In this document: one piece after another, positions 52,980-64,000 of the stretch
How positions within the stretch are numbered: the first letter of the stretch is position 1
Layout of the letters: each line of letters begins with the position of its first letter
Origin: Camelus dromedarius
Taxonomy: Eukaryota
Direction: 5' to 3'
Assembly (NCBI RefSeq): GCF_036321535.1
Contig: NC_087437.1
Coordinates: 64,916,001-64,980,000, forward strand
DNA length: 64,000 nt
Position numbers and translations under genes: made by a program
The notes under the pieces: generated by a model
What the model was told of the DNA's origin: nothing
Database searches by the model: none
The model's input: the letters and a program-made list of their open reading frames with translations, nothing else

Positions 52980-55298
52980 GTGAGCCTGGGGCATCCTGCA
53001 GAGGGTCGGGCGTGGGCGGAAAGGACACCTCAACCAGGCTGACACAGGCCAGCTCACTTGCCGCCTCTGCAGAGGGTCCCTCCTCCCTCCTTTGCAAGCT
53101 CGCCCCGTGGGCTTGGTGAGACGCCTCCTGTAGAGCCAGAAGGGAGCAGGGGGTGCCGAGGGCGGAGGAGCAGCTCAGGGCTTGATGCTTAAGAAGCGCT
53201 TTCTCACCCTTCGGCTCACCCCAGCTCTCATCAAAGTCCCCAGAGGCCAGTCGGGCAGGGTCACCCCATTTCACGGGTGAGGAAACCAGGCTCAGAAAAA
53301 TTTAAGCACCTTGTGAGTAGTGGAGCTGGGACTCAGCGGGTCTTCGCGGCTAAGGCGCTACTTCCTGTCTTAGCTGCTTTGCTTTTCTTAGCAGCAATTT
53401 CCATACCCCAGATTAGAACACCCCCTGACAGGACATTCGTGCCACTTCTCAGCGCTGCAAGTCAGTGTGCAAGGGCCTGTTGTATTAAAGGACGAGGCCC
53501 CCCACCCCGGAAAGTATCATTAAAGTGATTTAGAAAACAAACAAACAAACAACCCCCCCACACACACACAAACCCTGCTATCCCAAATATGGGTCAAAAC
53601 TAGAATTCTGTGAACAGGCAAGGTGCCAGTGTCAGAACTTACAAGCTTGAAAGGGGCATGAAGAAGGATGTAGTTCTTTTGGGCCTCTGAATATAGGCCT
53701 TTTTTCCCTTTAAGATGTGATTTTAAAAAATCATCTTGTAATTAATATACCCCAATAATGGTATTCCTTCTGTGTTTTCACTTTGCAAAGTTATGCTGGC
53801 CATTGCTCAAAAATATTCATGAACTGCCTTCAAAACCAACTTATAAGCTACCCACTAAAATCTGTTTCTCTATTTGACAAAAAAAAAAAATTTTTTTTCT
53901 GTTTTGCTTCTGTTGAGATAAAGGGATATGTAGTAGGTTCTGAGGGAAGTTCCCAGCATAGAGCGATATCAGAAGAACAGGAATTTTAATCTCTCACACG
54001 CTTTGAAGGACACAGCTCTCATTTGGAAATGTAAGTTCTGCTGTGATTTGTTTTAAAACGAATCGCCTGGATAGTGTGTGCAAAGAAACAGGCATCTTAT
54101 GAAAGCCCCGGTTCTGGTCTTTCTAGGGAAGAACCTTGGTGAGAGTGATTCGTGAGGAAGGTAAACAAGGCCCACAGGCGTTTCTGAAATAATCAATGGC
54201 AATTATATTCTCACAGATATCCCATGAGAGAGGCAAAGACCAGTAATAATGAAACCTGGTAGTATCCTTACTAAGTGGTGCTGAGCCATGGACATTTATG
54301 CAACGTCTTATTTAATCCTTTCAGCGCCCTATGAGGTTTACACTATTACGTTCATTTTACAGTGATACCTCTCTTTCTTCCATGTTACCAGTAAGAAAAT
54401 TACATCCTGAAAGAAAATACAGAATCAACCAGAGACAGGACAGCCGCTGTTACTTTGGTTATATGGTGACAACATAGTCTCTTATCTTCATTTTAACAGA
54501 AAAACGTAATTTAAAAGCCAGCTTTTGGCCTCAAATCCAAACCCTATTTTCTTGTAAATCTTTTCTTTATAGTCTTCTAAATTAAATTATGTGGTTTCTT
54601 GTAAGTGAGACTAGGGAACACCAGTTATGTTCTGGATGCTGGGATAAGCCCTTTCTAAGCCTTATTTCATTTCTTCCTTGAAACAGCCCTGTGAGGCTCA
54701 GTGAGGTTAAGTAACATGCCCAAGGTCACACAGCCATTAGAGAATAAAGCCAGAATCTGAACAAAGCCCTCTGACTCTCAAGCCTTTGCCCTTTTCAGTA
54801 ACTCATGCTGCCTCATTAGAGAGAAGAAAATCACGTGGGGAAATGATGTTTTCTTGTGACTTTATTTCTTCCTTATTTTCTGAAACTATTATAATTTCCT
54901 TTGTCATCAAGTTGTACCCACCCATAATTCTATCACAAGCAAACCAAATTTTCTATTATAAAGTTGCTTGTGAGAGGCAGTTTCACTTAAGATAATTTTA
55001 AAGGCCTTCATTGTTTTGGATCTCTGAGCTTATCTCCAAAAGAGTTATCACTTTATCACATTCAGCTGTCCACTCATATTCTAAGTGACCAGTGGCCCAG
55101 GACCAAAGCTTGATTTGGAAGATTGATTTGTTTGAAGGGCATCCTGTTTCATTTGTAATTTGAACTTTGAATGCCTGTAGTGAGCTCAAAATCACACTCC
55201 TTGCTCCTCTCCTTGGTGGGGCTGGATGCTTTCCACACACCTTCCTAGCCTCTGAAATCTTTGGAGCTTGTAGCTAACTGTAGAAGTTATAATACAAT

Positions 55299-55317
55299 TG
55301 GGCCACTAGATGGTGAT
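55299..55317 (+). promoter_or_regulatory. Candidate CTCF site
   Basis: TGGGCCACTAGATGGTGAT resembles the CTCF core CCASYAGRKGGCRS; motif only. Confidence 0.45.
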
Positions 55318-57399
55318 CTTTGATTATGTATAACTTGAAGTTTCTCTATTTGAATTGGTAAGATGTATCATTATTTTCTTAAATCAAGCTTTCAATAGTT
55401 ACAGCTTTACAGTAAATGTTTACAAAATACTTATTAAAATACTTTATTAAATATTTAGAGTAATTATCAATTAATAAAAAAATCTTTTGGCTTACATGAA
55501 ATCTTCTCTCTCAAGAGTAATGTTTAACAAGTAGACACCAAAAGACAAGGCCTTCCATGTAAATAATCTCATGGGAACTGAATTAGGTAAGGAGTATTCT
55601 CTGCCCAGTGCCCATGAGAAAAGGGAGGTTGTGTTGAGGCATCTCCCATTTGACTCCAGAACCAGGACTCCAGCTGAGATCTCACTGTGGGTCTGGTGGT
55701 CTTTTCATTCCACCAAAGGCTACAACCTCAGAAATATAAGCAGTGATAGCAAGCTTTAAACTCCAGCTGTTTCAGACTGAGTTCCTGTGTTCCTGGTCTC
55801 CTTCAAATTGATTATTTTTCTCTCCGATCTTGTTCTATCAGAAAGGGCTTCCCAGGGCATTTCTGATTTGTGCCAAACTTGGCCTGTGCACACCTCTTCT
55901 AACACAAGAGAAAACTACTGCATTCTTTCCTTTCCAAGCTAAACTGAAACTTTCTGTAGAGAATCTAAGATTTTGTTTTCTTTTTTCTTGACTTTTAATT
56001 TAATAAGAATTTTTTTTTACGTTGGGATGCTTTTTTCTACTTTTAATAAAATGTCTATTCTTTGATGTCTTTTCTTCAGAAACCCCTGTCCTTTTGCCCC
56101 ATTTTGTTGCTTTCCTTTGTGGCAGAGAGCATTCATTCAACATTTCTTTCCGAGAAAAACTTTTTACTGAGTATAGTTGATTTACAGTGTTTCAGTTGTA
56201 TAGCAAAGTGATTTAGTTACATATATATATTTTCCATTTCAGATTGTTATCCTTGTAATTTATAGGTTATTACAAGATATTAAATATAGTCCCCTGTGCT
56301 ATACAGCAGGTCCTTGTTGTTTATCTATATAGTAGTATATGTCTGTTAATCCCAAGTTCCTAATTTATCCTTCCCCTCACTATCCCCTTTGGTAACCATA
56401 AGTTTGTTTTCTATGTCTGTGACTCTATTTTTGTTTTTTAAGTAAGTTCATTTGTATTATTTTATAGATTCCACACGTAAGTGATATCATGTGATATTTA
56501 TCTTTCTCTGTCTTACTTCAATAGTATGATAATCTCTAGGTCCACGCATATTGCTGCAAATGGCGTTGTTTCATTTTATGGCTGAGTAGTATTCCATTAT
56601 ATATATATACACCACATCCTCTTGATCCATTCATCTGTCAGTGGACATTTAGGTTGCTTCAGTGTCTTGGCTTTTGTAAATGCTGCTGTAAACATTGGGG
56701 AGCATGTATCTTTTTGAATTGGAGTTTTTTCTGGATATATGCCCAAGAGTGGGATTGCTGGATCATATGGCAGTTCTATTTTTAGTTTTTTGAGGAACAT
56801 CCATACTGTTTTCCATAGTGGCTGTACCAATTTACATTCCCACCAACAGTGTAGGAGGATTCCTTTTTTTTCCACACCCTCTCCAGCGTTTATTATTTGT
56901 AGACTTTTTGGTGATGGCCATTTTGACTGGTGTGAGGTGATACCTCATTGTGGCTTTGATTTACATTTCTCTAATAGCGCTGTTGAGCATCTTTTCACGT
57001 GCCTGTTGACCATTTGTATGCCTTTTTTTGAGAAATGTCTATTTAGATCATTTGCCCCTTTTTTTTTATTGAGCTGTTTAAGTGGTTTGTATATTTTGGA
57101 AATTAATCCCTTATTGGTCACATTGTTTGCAAATATTTTCTCCCATTCTGTAGGTTGTCTTTTCATTTTTCTTATGGTTTCTTTTGCTATGCAAAAGCTT
57201 TTAAGTTTAATTAGGTCCCATTTGTTTATTTTTGCTTTTGCTTCCATTACTCTATGACACAGATCCAAAAAAATATTGCTGCAATTTATGTCAAAGAATG
57301 TTCTGCCCATGTGTTCCTCTAGGAGTTTTAGAGTATCCAGTCTTACATTTAGGTCTTTAATCCATTTTGAGTTTATTTTTGTATATGGTGTTAGAGAAT

Positions 57400-57522
57400 C
57401 ATTTTTGGTGGGGGACATAATTAGGTTTACTTATTTGTTTATTTTATTGATGTTTACTGGAATTGAACCCAGGACCTTGTGCATGCTAGGCATGTACTCT
57501 ACCACTGAGCTATACTCTCCCT
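57400..57522 (-). mobile_element. tRNA-derived SINE (Vic-1-like) nested in L1
   Basis: Reverse complement of the 25211 SINE (attgaacccaggaccttgtgcatgctaggcatgtactctaccactgagctata); TSD GAGAAT. Confidence 0.85.
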
Positions 57523-59594
57523 GAGAATGTTCTGATTTCATTCTCTTACATGTAGCTGTCCAGTTTTCCCAGCACTACTTATTAAAGAGACTTTCTTTTT
57601 TCCATAGTATATATTTTTGCCTCCTTTGTTGTAGATTGATTGACCATAAGTGCATGGGTTTATTTCTGGACTTCCTATAATGTTCCATTGATCTATGTGT
57701 CTGTTTTTGTGCCAGTACCATACTGTTTTGGTTACTGTAGCTCTTTAGTATAGTCTGAAGCCAAGGAGCATGATTCCCCCAGCTCCATTCTTCTTTTGCA
57801 AGATTTTTTTAGCTATTTGTGTTTTTTTTTTGTTTCCATGCAAATTTAAACTTTTTTTTTTCTAGTTCTGTGAAAAGTGCCATTGGTAATTTGATAGGGA
57901 TTCCACTGAATCTGTAGATTGTCTTGGGTAGCATGGTCATTTGAACAATATTGATTCTTCCTATCCAAGAACACCAGTGTATCTCTCCTTCTGTTTGTGT
58001 TGTTTTCATTTTCTTTTATCAGCATTTTACAGTTCTCAAGAGTACAGGCCTTTGCCTCCTTAGGTAGGTTTATTCCTAGGTGTTTTGATGCAATGGTAAA
58101 TGGGACTGTTTCCTTAATTTCTCTTTCTGATATTTCATTGTTAGTGTGTAGAAATGCAACAGATTTCTGTATATTAATTTGGTATCCTGCAACTTTACCA
58201 AATTCATTGATGAGCTCTAGTAGTTTTCTGATAGTGTCTTAAGGAATTTCTATGTATAGTATCGTATCATCTGAAATAGTGACAGTTTTACTACTTCTTT
58301 TCCAATTTAGGTTCCTTTTATTTCTTTTTCTTCTCTGATTGATGTGGCAAGGACTTCCAAAACTATGTTGAATAAAAGTGGTGAGAGTAGGAATTTGTCT
58401 TATTCCTGATCTTAGAGAGAATGCTTTCAGTTTTTCAGATGGAATACTCTATAAATCTCAATTAAGTCCATTTTGTCTAATGTGTTCATTTAGGCCTGTA
58501 TTCCCTTATTGATTTCTCCGTCTGGATGATCTATCCATTGATGAAAGTGGGGTGTTAAAGTCCCCGCTATTACTGTGTTACTGTCAATTTCTCCTATGTC
58601 TGTTAATATTTGCTTTATATATTGAAGTACCCACATGTTAAGTTCATATATATTTATATATTTACCACTGTTATACTTCTTCTTGAATTGACCCCTTGAT
58701 CCTTATGTAGTGTCCTTCTTTGTCTCTTGTAACAGTCTTTATTTTAAGGTCTGTTTTGTCTGATATAAGTATTGCTACTTTGGCTTTCTTCTGGTTTCCA
58801 TTTGCCTGGAATACTTTCTCCCACATGCTCACTTTCAGTCTGTATGTGTCTCTAGATCTGAAGTGAGTCTTTATGTAGGCAGCATACATACAGGTCTTGT
58901 TTTTTTTTAATCCTTTCAGCCAGTCTTTGTCTTTTGGTTGTAGCATTTAGTCCATTTACATTTAAGGTAATTATTAATATGAATGTTCTTAAGCCATTTT
59001 GTTAATTGTTTTGGGTTTGTTTTTGTAGATAGTCCCCCCCCACACACCTTCTTTTTTTGTCAATTTGATTACTGTTTGTCTTGGTGTGTTCCTCTTTGGG
59101 TTCATCCTGTATGACACTGCCCTTACTGGACTTGCATGACTGCTTCCTTTCCCAAGATAGGGAAGTTTTCAGCTATTATCTCTTAAAATATTTTCCCAGG
59201 CCCTTTCTCTCTCTTTTCTTCTGGGATCCCTTTAATGTGAATATTCGTGCACTTGGTACTGTCCTGGAGGTCTCTTAAACTGTCCTCATTTCTTTTCACT
59301 CTTTTTCTCTTTTTTCTGTTCTGTGGCAATGATTACCACTAGTGTGTTTTCCAGCTTACTGATTCATTCTTCTGCCTCATTTAGTCTACTATTGATTCCT
59401 TCTATTTTTCATTTCAGTTATTATAGTCGTCATCTCTGTTTGATCTTTGTATTTTCTAACTCTTTGTTAAAAACATGTAATTTCTCACTTTGTGCATCCA
59501 TTCTCCTCCTGAGTTCTTTGGTCATCTTCATAATCATTACTCTGAACTCTTTCTCACGTAGATTGCCTATCTCCACTTAGTTCTTATTCTGAGT

Positions 59595-60385
59595 ATTTTT
59601 TAAACACCTTTATTGTGGAATGATTCCTATACAGTAAAATACACATATTTCAGATGTACAATTTGATGAATTTTGATAGATGTATATACCTATGAAACCA
59701 CCACCACAATCAAGATAGCTAACATTTCCATCACTCCCTAAGAGGTGCAGATTTCAAATTCCCAATTTATCCCTTCCCACCCCTTTTCCCACCTAGTAAC
59801 CATAAGTTTATTCTCTATGTGCGTGAGTCTGTTTCTTTCTTTTTTTTTTTCTTACATTTTTTTGGGGGTAGGGGTGATAATTAGGTTTATTTATTTTAAT
59901 GGTGGTACTGAGGACTGAACCCAGGACCTTGTGCATGCTAGGCAAGCACTCTACCACTGAGCTATACTCTTCCTCCTAGTCTGTTTCTGTTTTGTACATA
60001 AGTTCATTTGTGTCCTTTTTTTTAGATTCCACATATAAGCAATATCATATGGTATTTTTCTTTCTCTTTCTGGCTTACTTCACTTAGAATGACAATCTCC
60101 AGGTCCATCCATGTTGCTGCAAATGGCATTATTTTATTTTTTATGGCTGAGTAGTATTCCATTGTATAAATATATCACATTTTCTTTATCCAGTCATCTG
60201 TCAATGGACATTTGGTTCGTTTCCATGTCTTGGCTATTGTAAATAGTGCTGCTGTGAATGCTGGGTGCATGTGTCTTTTTGAATTATATTTTTCTCTAGA
60301 TATATGCCCAAGAGTGGGATTTCTGGGTCACATGGTAAGTTTATTTTTGGTTTTTAATGAACCTCCATGCTGTCCTCTATAATGG
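59595..60385 (-). mobile_element. Nested L1 3' fragments: ancient L1M-type tail (about 59595-59740) joined to a younger L1 3' region (about 59745-60385)
   Basis: Second copy of the ORF2-end/3'UTR text (agattccacatataag...ggctgagtagtattccattg) inside the host L1's ORF1 region. Confidence 0.75.
59837..59977 (-). mobile_element. tRNA-derived SINE (Vic-1-like)
   Basis: Same family consensus; 11-bp TSD AGTCTGTTTCT at 59826-59836 and 59978-59988. Confidence 0.88.
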
Positions 60386-60537
60386 TTTTGTGTGTGTGTG
60401 TCTTTTCGAGGGGTCGGGGAGGAGGTAATTTGGTTTATTTATTTATTTTCAGAGGAGGTACTGGGGATTGAACCCAGGACGTTGTGCGCTTGTGCATGCC
60501 AAGTATGCACTCCACGACTTTAACTATACCTTCCCCT
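60386..60537 (-). mobile_element. tRNA-derived SINE (Vic-1-like)
   Basis: gaggtactggggattgaacccaggac...gtgcatgccaagtatgcactc...ctataccttcccc. Confidence 0.8.
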
Positions 60538-62934
60538 TGGGGTTTTATCTTGTTCCTTCATCTGGAGCATACTCCTCTGCCATCTCATTTTGTCTAAGTT
60601 GCTAATTGTATTTTTATGTATGTGGTAGGTTAGTTACGTTTCTTGACCTTGGAGAAGTGGCCCTCTGTAGGAGGCATCCTATGTGTCTTACTTAGCAGTG
60701 CAGCCCCATCTTAATATCCATGCTATATGCTCTAGGGGTACCCTTTAAGAGGACTGTGAGTCCTGTTGTGGTGGGCTATGTGAGCGGTCTGGTAGGCTTG
60801 GTTGGTCCCTAGTCTGATTGGTTGCCAGGCTGTGCCTTGTGCAGATGCTGCTGGCTGCTGTTTAGTGGGGTCTAGTCATGAGGTGGCTGGTTGCAGAATC
60901 TTAGGGGGCCCTGGGGCTAGTATTGGCTCACTGATGGGTGGGGTCAGGGTCCCAAAGACTCTGGGGCTGTTGCCCACCCATTGGCAGGTAAAGCTAGATC
61001 CTGGGGTTACTGCTGGACTGCTGGCAGGCAGAACTGTTTCCTGGAGTCTGGCTGTAGGACCCAGGAACACCAGAGCTCATTTTAGATTGTTGATGGGGGA
61101 AGGTGGTTCCTGACACAGTTGGGTATGGGGTCCAGGATGTCCCGAAGGTTGTGTTGGCCTGCTCATGGGCAAGGCCAGGGCCTGGCTGGTCAGAGTGGGG
61201 TCTGCCCTGTGTTGCAGGATTGTAGTTTTCTTGCTTGTGGTGTCTGCCCGTTGGTGGGTGAGGCTGGTCTAGAGGCTTGTGCGGGCTTTCTGGTGGCAGA
61301 GGCCAGTGCCTGCCCACTGGTAGGTGGAGTTGGGTTTTGGCTTCTGGTGGGCTGGGCCATGTCTACAGGTGTGTCTAGAAGTGCCTGTGGGCTCTTCAGT
61401 CTTTAGGCAGCCTGTCTGCTGATGGGTGGGGCTGTGTTTTCACAGTTAGTTGTTTGGCCTGAGGCATTACCCTGGATCCTACAGGTGGTTAGGTGGGGCC
61501 AGGTCTTGATGCTAATAAGCCAGTATGGCAGCTATCACGTGTTCACGCAGTTGAATGTTCCCCAGCATGTCTGCCATCATTGTCTAGGTCCCCAGGGTGA
61601 GCTGCAGCTGCCCTCTGCCTCTGCAGGGAACTCTCCAAGATGAGCAGGCAGGTCTGGCCCAGGCTTTACTGCCTTTACCCTGGGTCCTGGTGCACGTGAG
61701 GTTTTGCGCGCACCTCTTAAGAGTGAAATCTCTATTTCCCTCAGTCCTGTGGGGCTCCCGCAATTAAGCCCCTCTGGCCTTCAAAGCCAAATGCTCTGGG
61801 GGCTCATCTGGGGAGCCTGATACAGGGCTCAGAACTCTCACTCCTGTGGGAGATCCTCTGAAGTATAATTATTCTCTAGCTTGTGGGTCAACCACCCGGA
61901 GGTTATGGGATTTGCTTATGTTGCGAGTCTGCCTCTCCTCCTCATCTCATTGTGGTTCCTACTTTATGTCTTTAGTTGTAGAAGATCTTTCTGGTAGATT
62001 CTAGTTTTTTAAAATCAATGGTTGTTTTGCAGATGGTTGTGATGTAGTGTGTTCATGAGAGGAGGTGAGCTCAGGGTCCTTCTTCGCTTTCGTCTTGGCC
62101 ACTCTCTCTCATCCTACAGCATTTTGATCAGAAACCATGTCCCCTAAAACTCACTTTCTTGATAAAATGGAAATACACAAAAATTTTATAACAACATGAG
62201 TATAGGACATACATATACAGTTTGAACAGTATGTTCTGGGACACATACCTTATCTCACCATTTCAAACAAGAAAGGTCACATTCATTGACTACAGCTGTA
62301 GATGTTCAAAATTGAAATAAAAATATCCTATAATATATAGTTATAAAAATATGGGAAATGTAAATTATAGTCCTTGAAGCCCTATAGATCAAGATAAGAA
62401 AGCTGAAAGATCAAGTGTAATAACTTCTGAAGAAAAGGCACTGAGTTTGGTCAGGAAGAGGTAATTAGTGATCTTTGAAAATAACTTCAGAGAAATGCCA
62501 AGGTATGAAGCTAAACCTTTTAGACAAGGGCTGAGAACAAATGGTTAAGGAGAATATAAATGGGGAAAGGAGATCTGGGCCATGTCTTTATGAACAAATG
62601 GTAGAGCAGGACTGATGAATGAAATAGGGTACCTTTTTTTTCTAAGAGAGACTTAAAGATATTAAAAATCAGCAAGAGGCTGAGTGAATGAGACTCTAAG
62701 AAAGTTTCAGAAATTAAAGGTGTTTGGGGGAGGCTCCAGAGAGGTAGGAAAGATGAGAAACCTAAGCCAGGGGGCTTCACAAAGAATCAAGAAATAATTT
62801 TTAGATTCAGATCTGCTGTCCCAGAAGCCACCATTCAACCAAGGATTTGCACCAAAATCAAGCCCACATGTGTACTGTATACCTAGACAGCAGAGCCCAG
62901 CTGACTGGATTTTCTGTGTTCTTCTATTCCCCAG

Positions 62935-62976
62935 GAGAGAGAGAGCTCCCATAGTGGAAGGAGTGTGGTCATTTAG
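62935..62976 (+). CDS. ILDR1: ILDR1 coding exon 8 (ERESSHSGRSVVI-stop), 42 nt
   Basis: ttccccag|GAG AGA GAG AGC TCC CAT AGT GGA AGG AGT GTG GTC ATT TAG; matches the human C-terminus EKDSSHSGRSVVI; spliced CDS totals 1644 nt, in frame. Confidence 0.95.
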   Translation, partial: ERESSHSGRSVVI

Positions 62977-64000
62977 TCACTGAACACAGCACTACTTCTG
63001 CGGCTGCTTCTCAGCTCCCGAGTGTCATCAGCATCACCGAGATGTCCAGCTGACTTGGGAGGGACTTTCCAGCTGACTTGAGAGTTTGTATCTAACTATA
63101 GGTTTGTAGCTAATGGTTTTGGGTTAAATTCTGAGAATCAAATAGAATTTTTTTAAGAAGTTTGAGGAATTAATGGCTCTAGTTTTATCCTTGTTTCACA
63201 CTCTGCATATTTAGATAGTCTCTGACTTGTAATGAACCCTAACTGGGATGTGATCCCTCAGGAACTTAGTAGCCTGGGTCTTCAACTACATTACACTGCT
63301 CAGAACCATGGCCATTCTCAAAGTGAGGAATCTTTAAGAGGAAATCTATGGAGTATGACAGGGAGATTTCCATGGAAACTTGTCTCTCCCTATAGCATAT
63401 CTAGAGGATCCTTCCATGTTATGAGTCTACCGCCCCCAAGACTGGTCCTGAGTTCCTCTGAGGGTCCACCCAGAGATGGCGCAGGAAATAACTCCAGCCA
63501 TGTGCCCTCTCATGGGCTACTTCTTATAAGTGTAGAAAGTCACAGAGGAGCAATTTTGTACCAGTCTTATTCCTGTCCTTTGTTTTCCTCTTTTTTTCCC
63601 CCTACATCTAATTTATATGTTCTTATAGAGTATTTATCCACTAAAACCATTTTAAATGCTTCTTGGGAACAACAGTCATTAAATTGTACACTTAAAAGGA
63701 GTGAATCCTATGATATGGCTACTATACCACAATAAAAATCTGAAGTATAGTAGATGAACACCATTCCAAAATTTTTTCTCTGCATATATAGTGATAAAAA
63801 TCCTTTTAAAATGTGTTCAAATGAATTCTAATTTTAATTAAAAACTTTTTTCTTTAACAGAAGACAAGAAATTGAAGTGAAAGAAACTAGAGGTTTTGTT
63901 AAAATCTTTCATTTCCAGGATTTTTTTTTAAAGAGCCCCCCTCCCCACCTCAGATTATGAAAAAAGATAAAGGAAAATGGTGAGCAATTGGCATCCCTGT
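62977..64000 (+). other. ILDR1: ILDR1 3'UTR (end uncertain; first AATAAA seen at 63731-63736)
   Basis: Follows the stop codon; the cleavage site cannot be determined from sequence alone. Confidence 0.6.

Larger units (their letters stand above)
56160..62110 (-). mobile_element. Antisense L1 spanning 5'UTR to 3' tail, with internal deletions and nested inserts (ILDR1 intron 7)
   Basis: ORF2 C-terminal ORFs 56597-56875 and 56945-57418, endonuclease ORF 58671-58946 (WEKVFQANGNQKKAKVAILISDKTDLK), ORF1-like 59060-59590, GC-richer 5'UTR 60540-62110. Confidence 0.9.

Noticed and set aside
52230..53274. Antisense and alternative-frame ORFs over exon 7
   Set aside because: Shadow ORFs of a GC-rich coding exon
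56597..58946. L1 ORF2-like ORFs as an active retrotransposon or domesticated gene
   Set aside because: Fragmented by stops, frameshifts, SINE insertions and a large internal deletion
63232..63735. 167-aa ORF in the ILDR1 3'UTR
   Set aside because: No recognisable domain or splice context, and the end runs into repeat-like sequence; length is compatible with chance

Overview
This is mammalian genomic DNA, most likely a camelid, judging by the tRNA-derived Vic-1-like SINEs and the lineage-type L1 3' ends. It covers the head-to-head CD86/ILDR1 locus. The + strand carries the complete ILDR1 (angulin-2) coding region: 8 coding exons, 28729-62976, 1644 nt, 547 aa, all introns GT-AG, with a CpG-island promoter. 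The - strand carries CD86 exon 1 (5'UTR plus 14 coding nt) and its promoter at about 8.2-8.6 kb, so positions 1-8235 are CD86 intron 1. The rest is dense in mostly ancient transposable elements: L1, L2, MIR, MaLR/ERV LTRs, Tigger and MER5. I see no evidence of a novel biological system. The best non-routine observations are a TSD-bounded L1 3' transduction in ILDR1 intron 1, a near-perfect 93-bp tandem duplication, an age-inverted composite retro-insert in intron 7, upstream ORFs, and several candidate regulatory or splicing motifs. Repeat family names and comparisons to human are from memory of consensus sequences, not from database searches.
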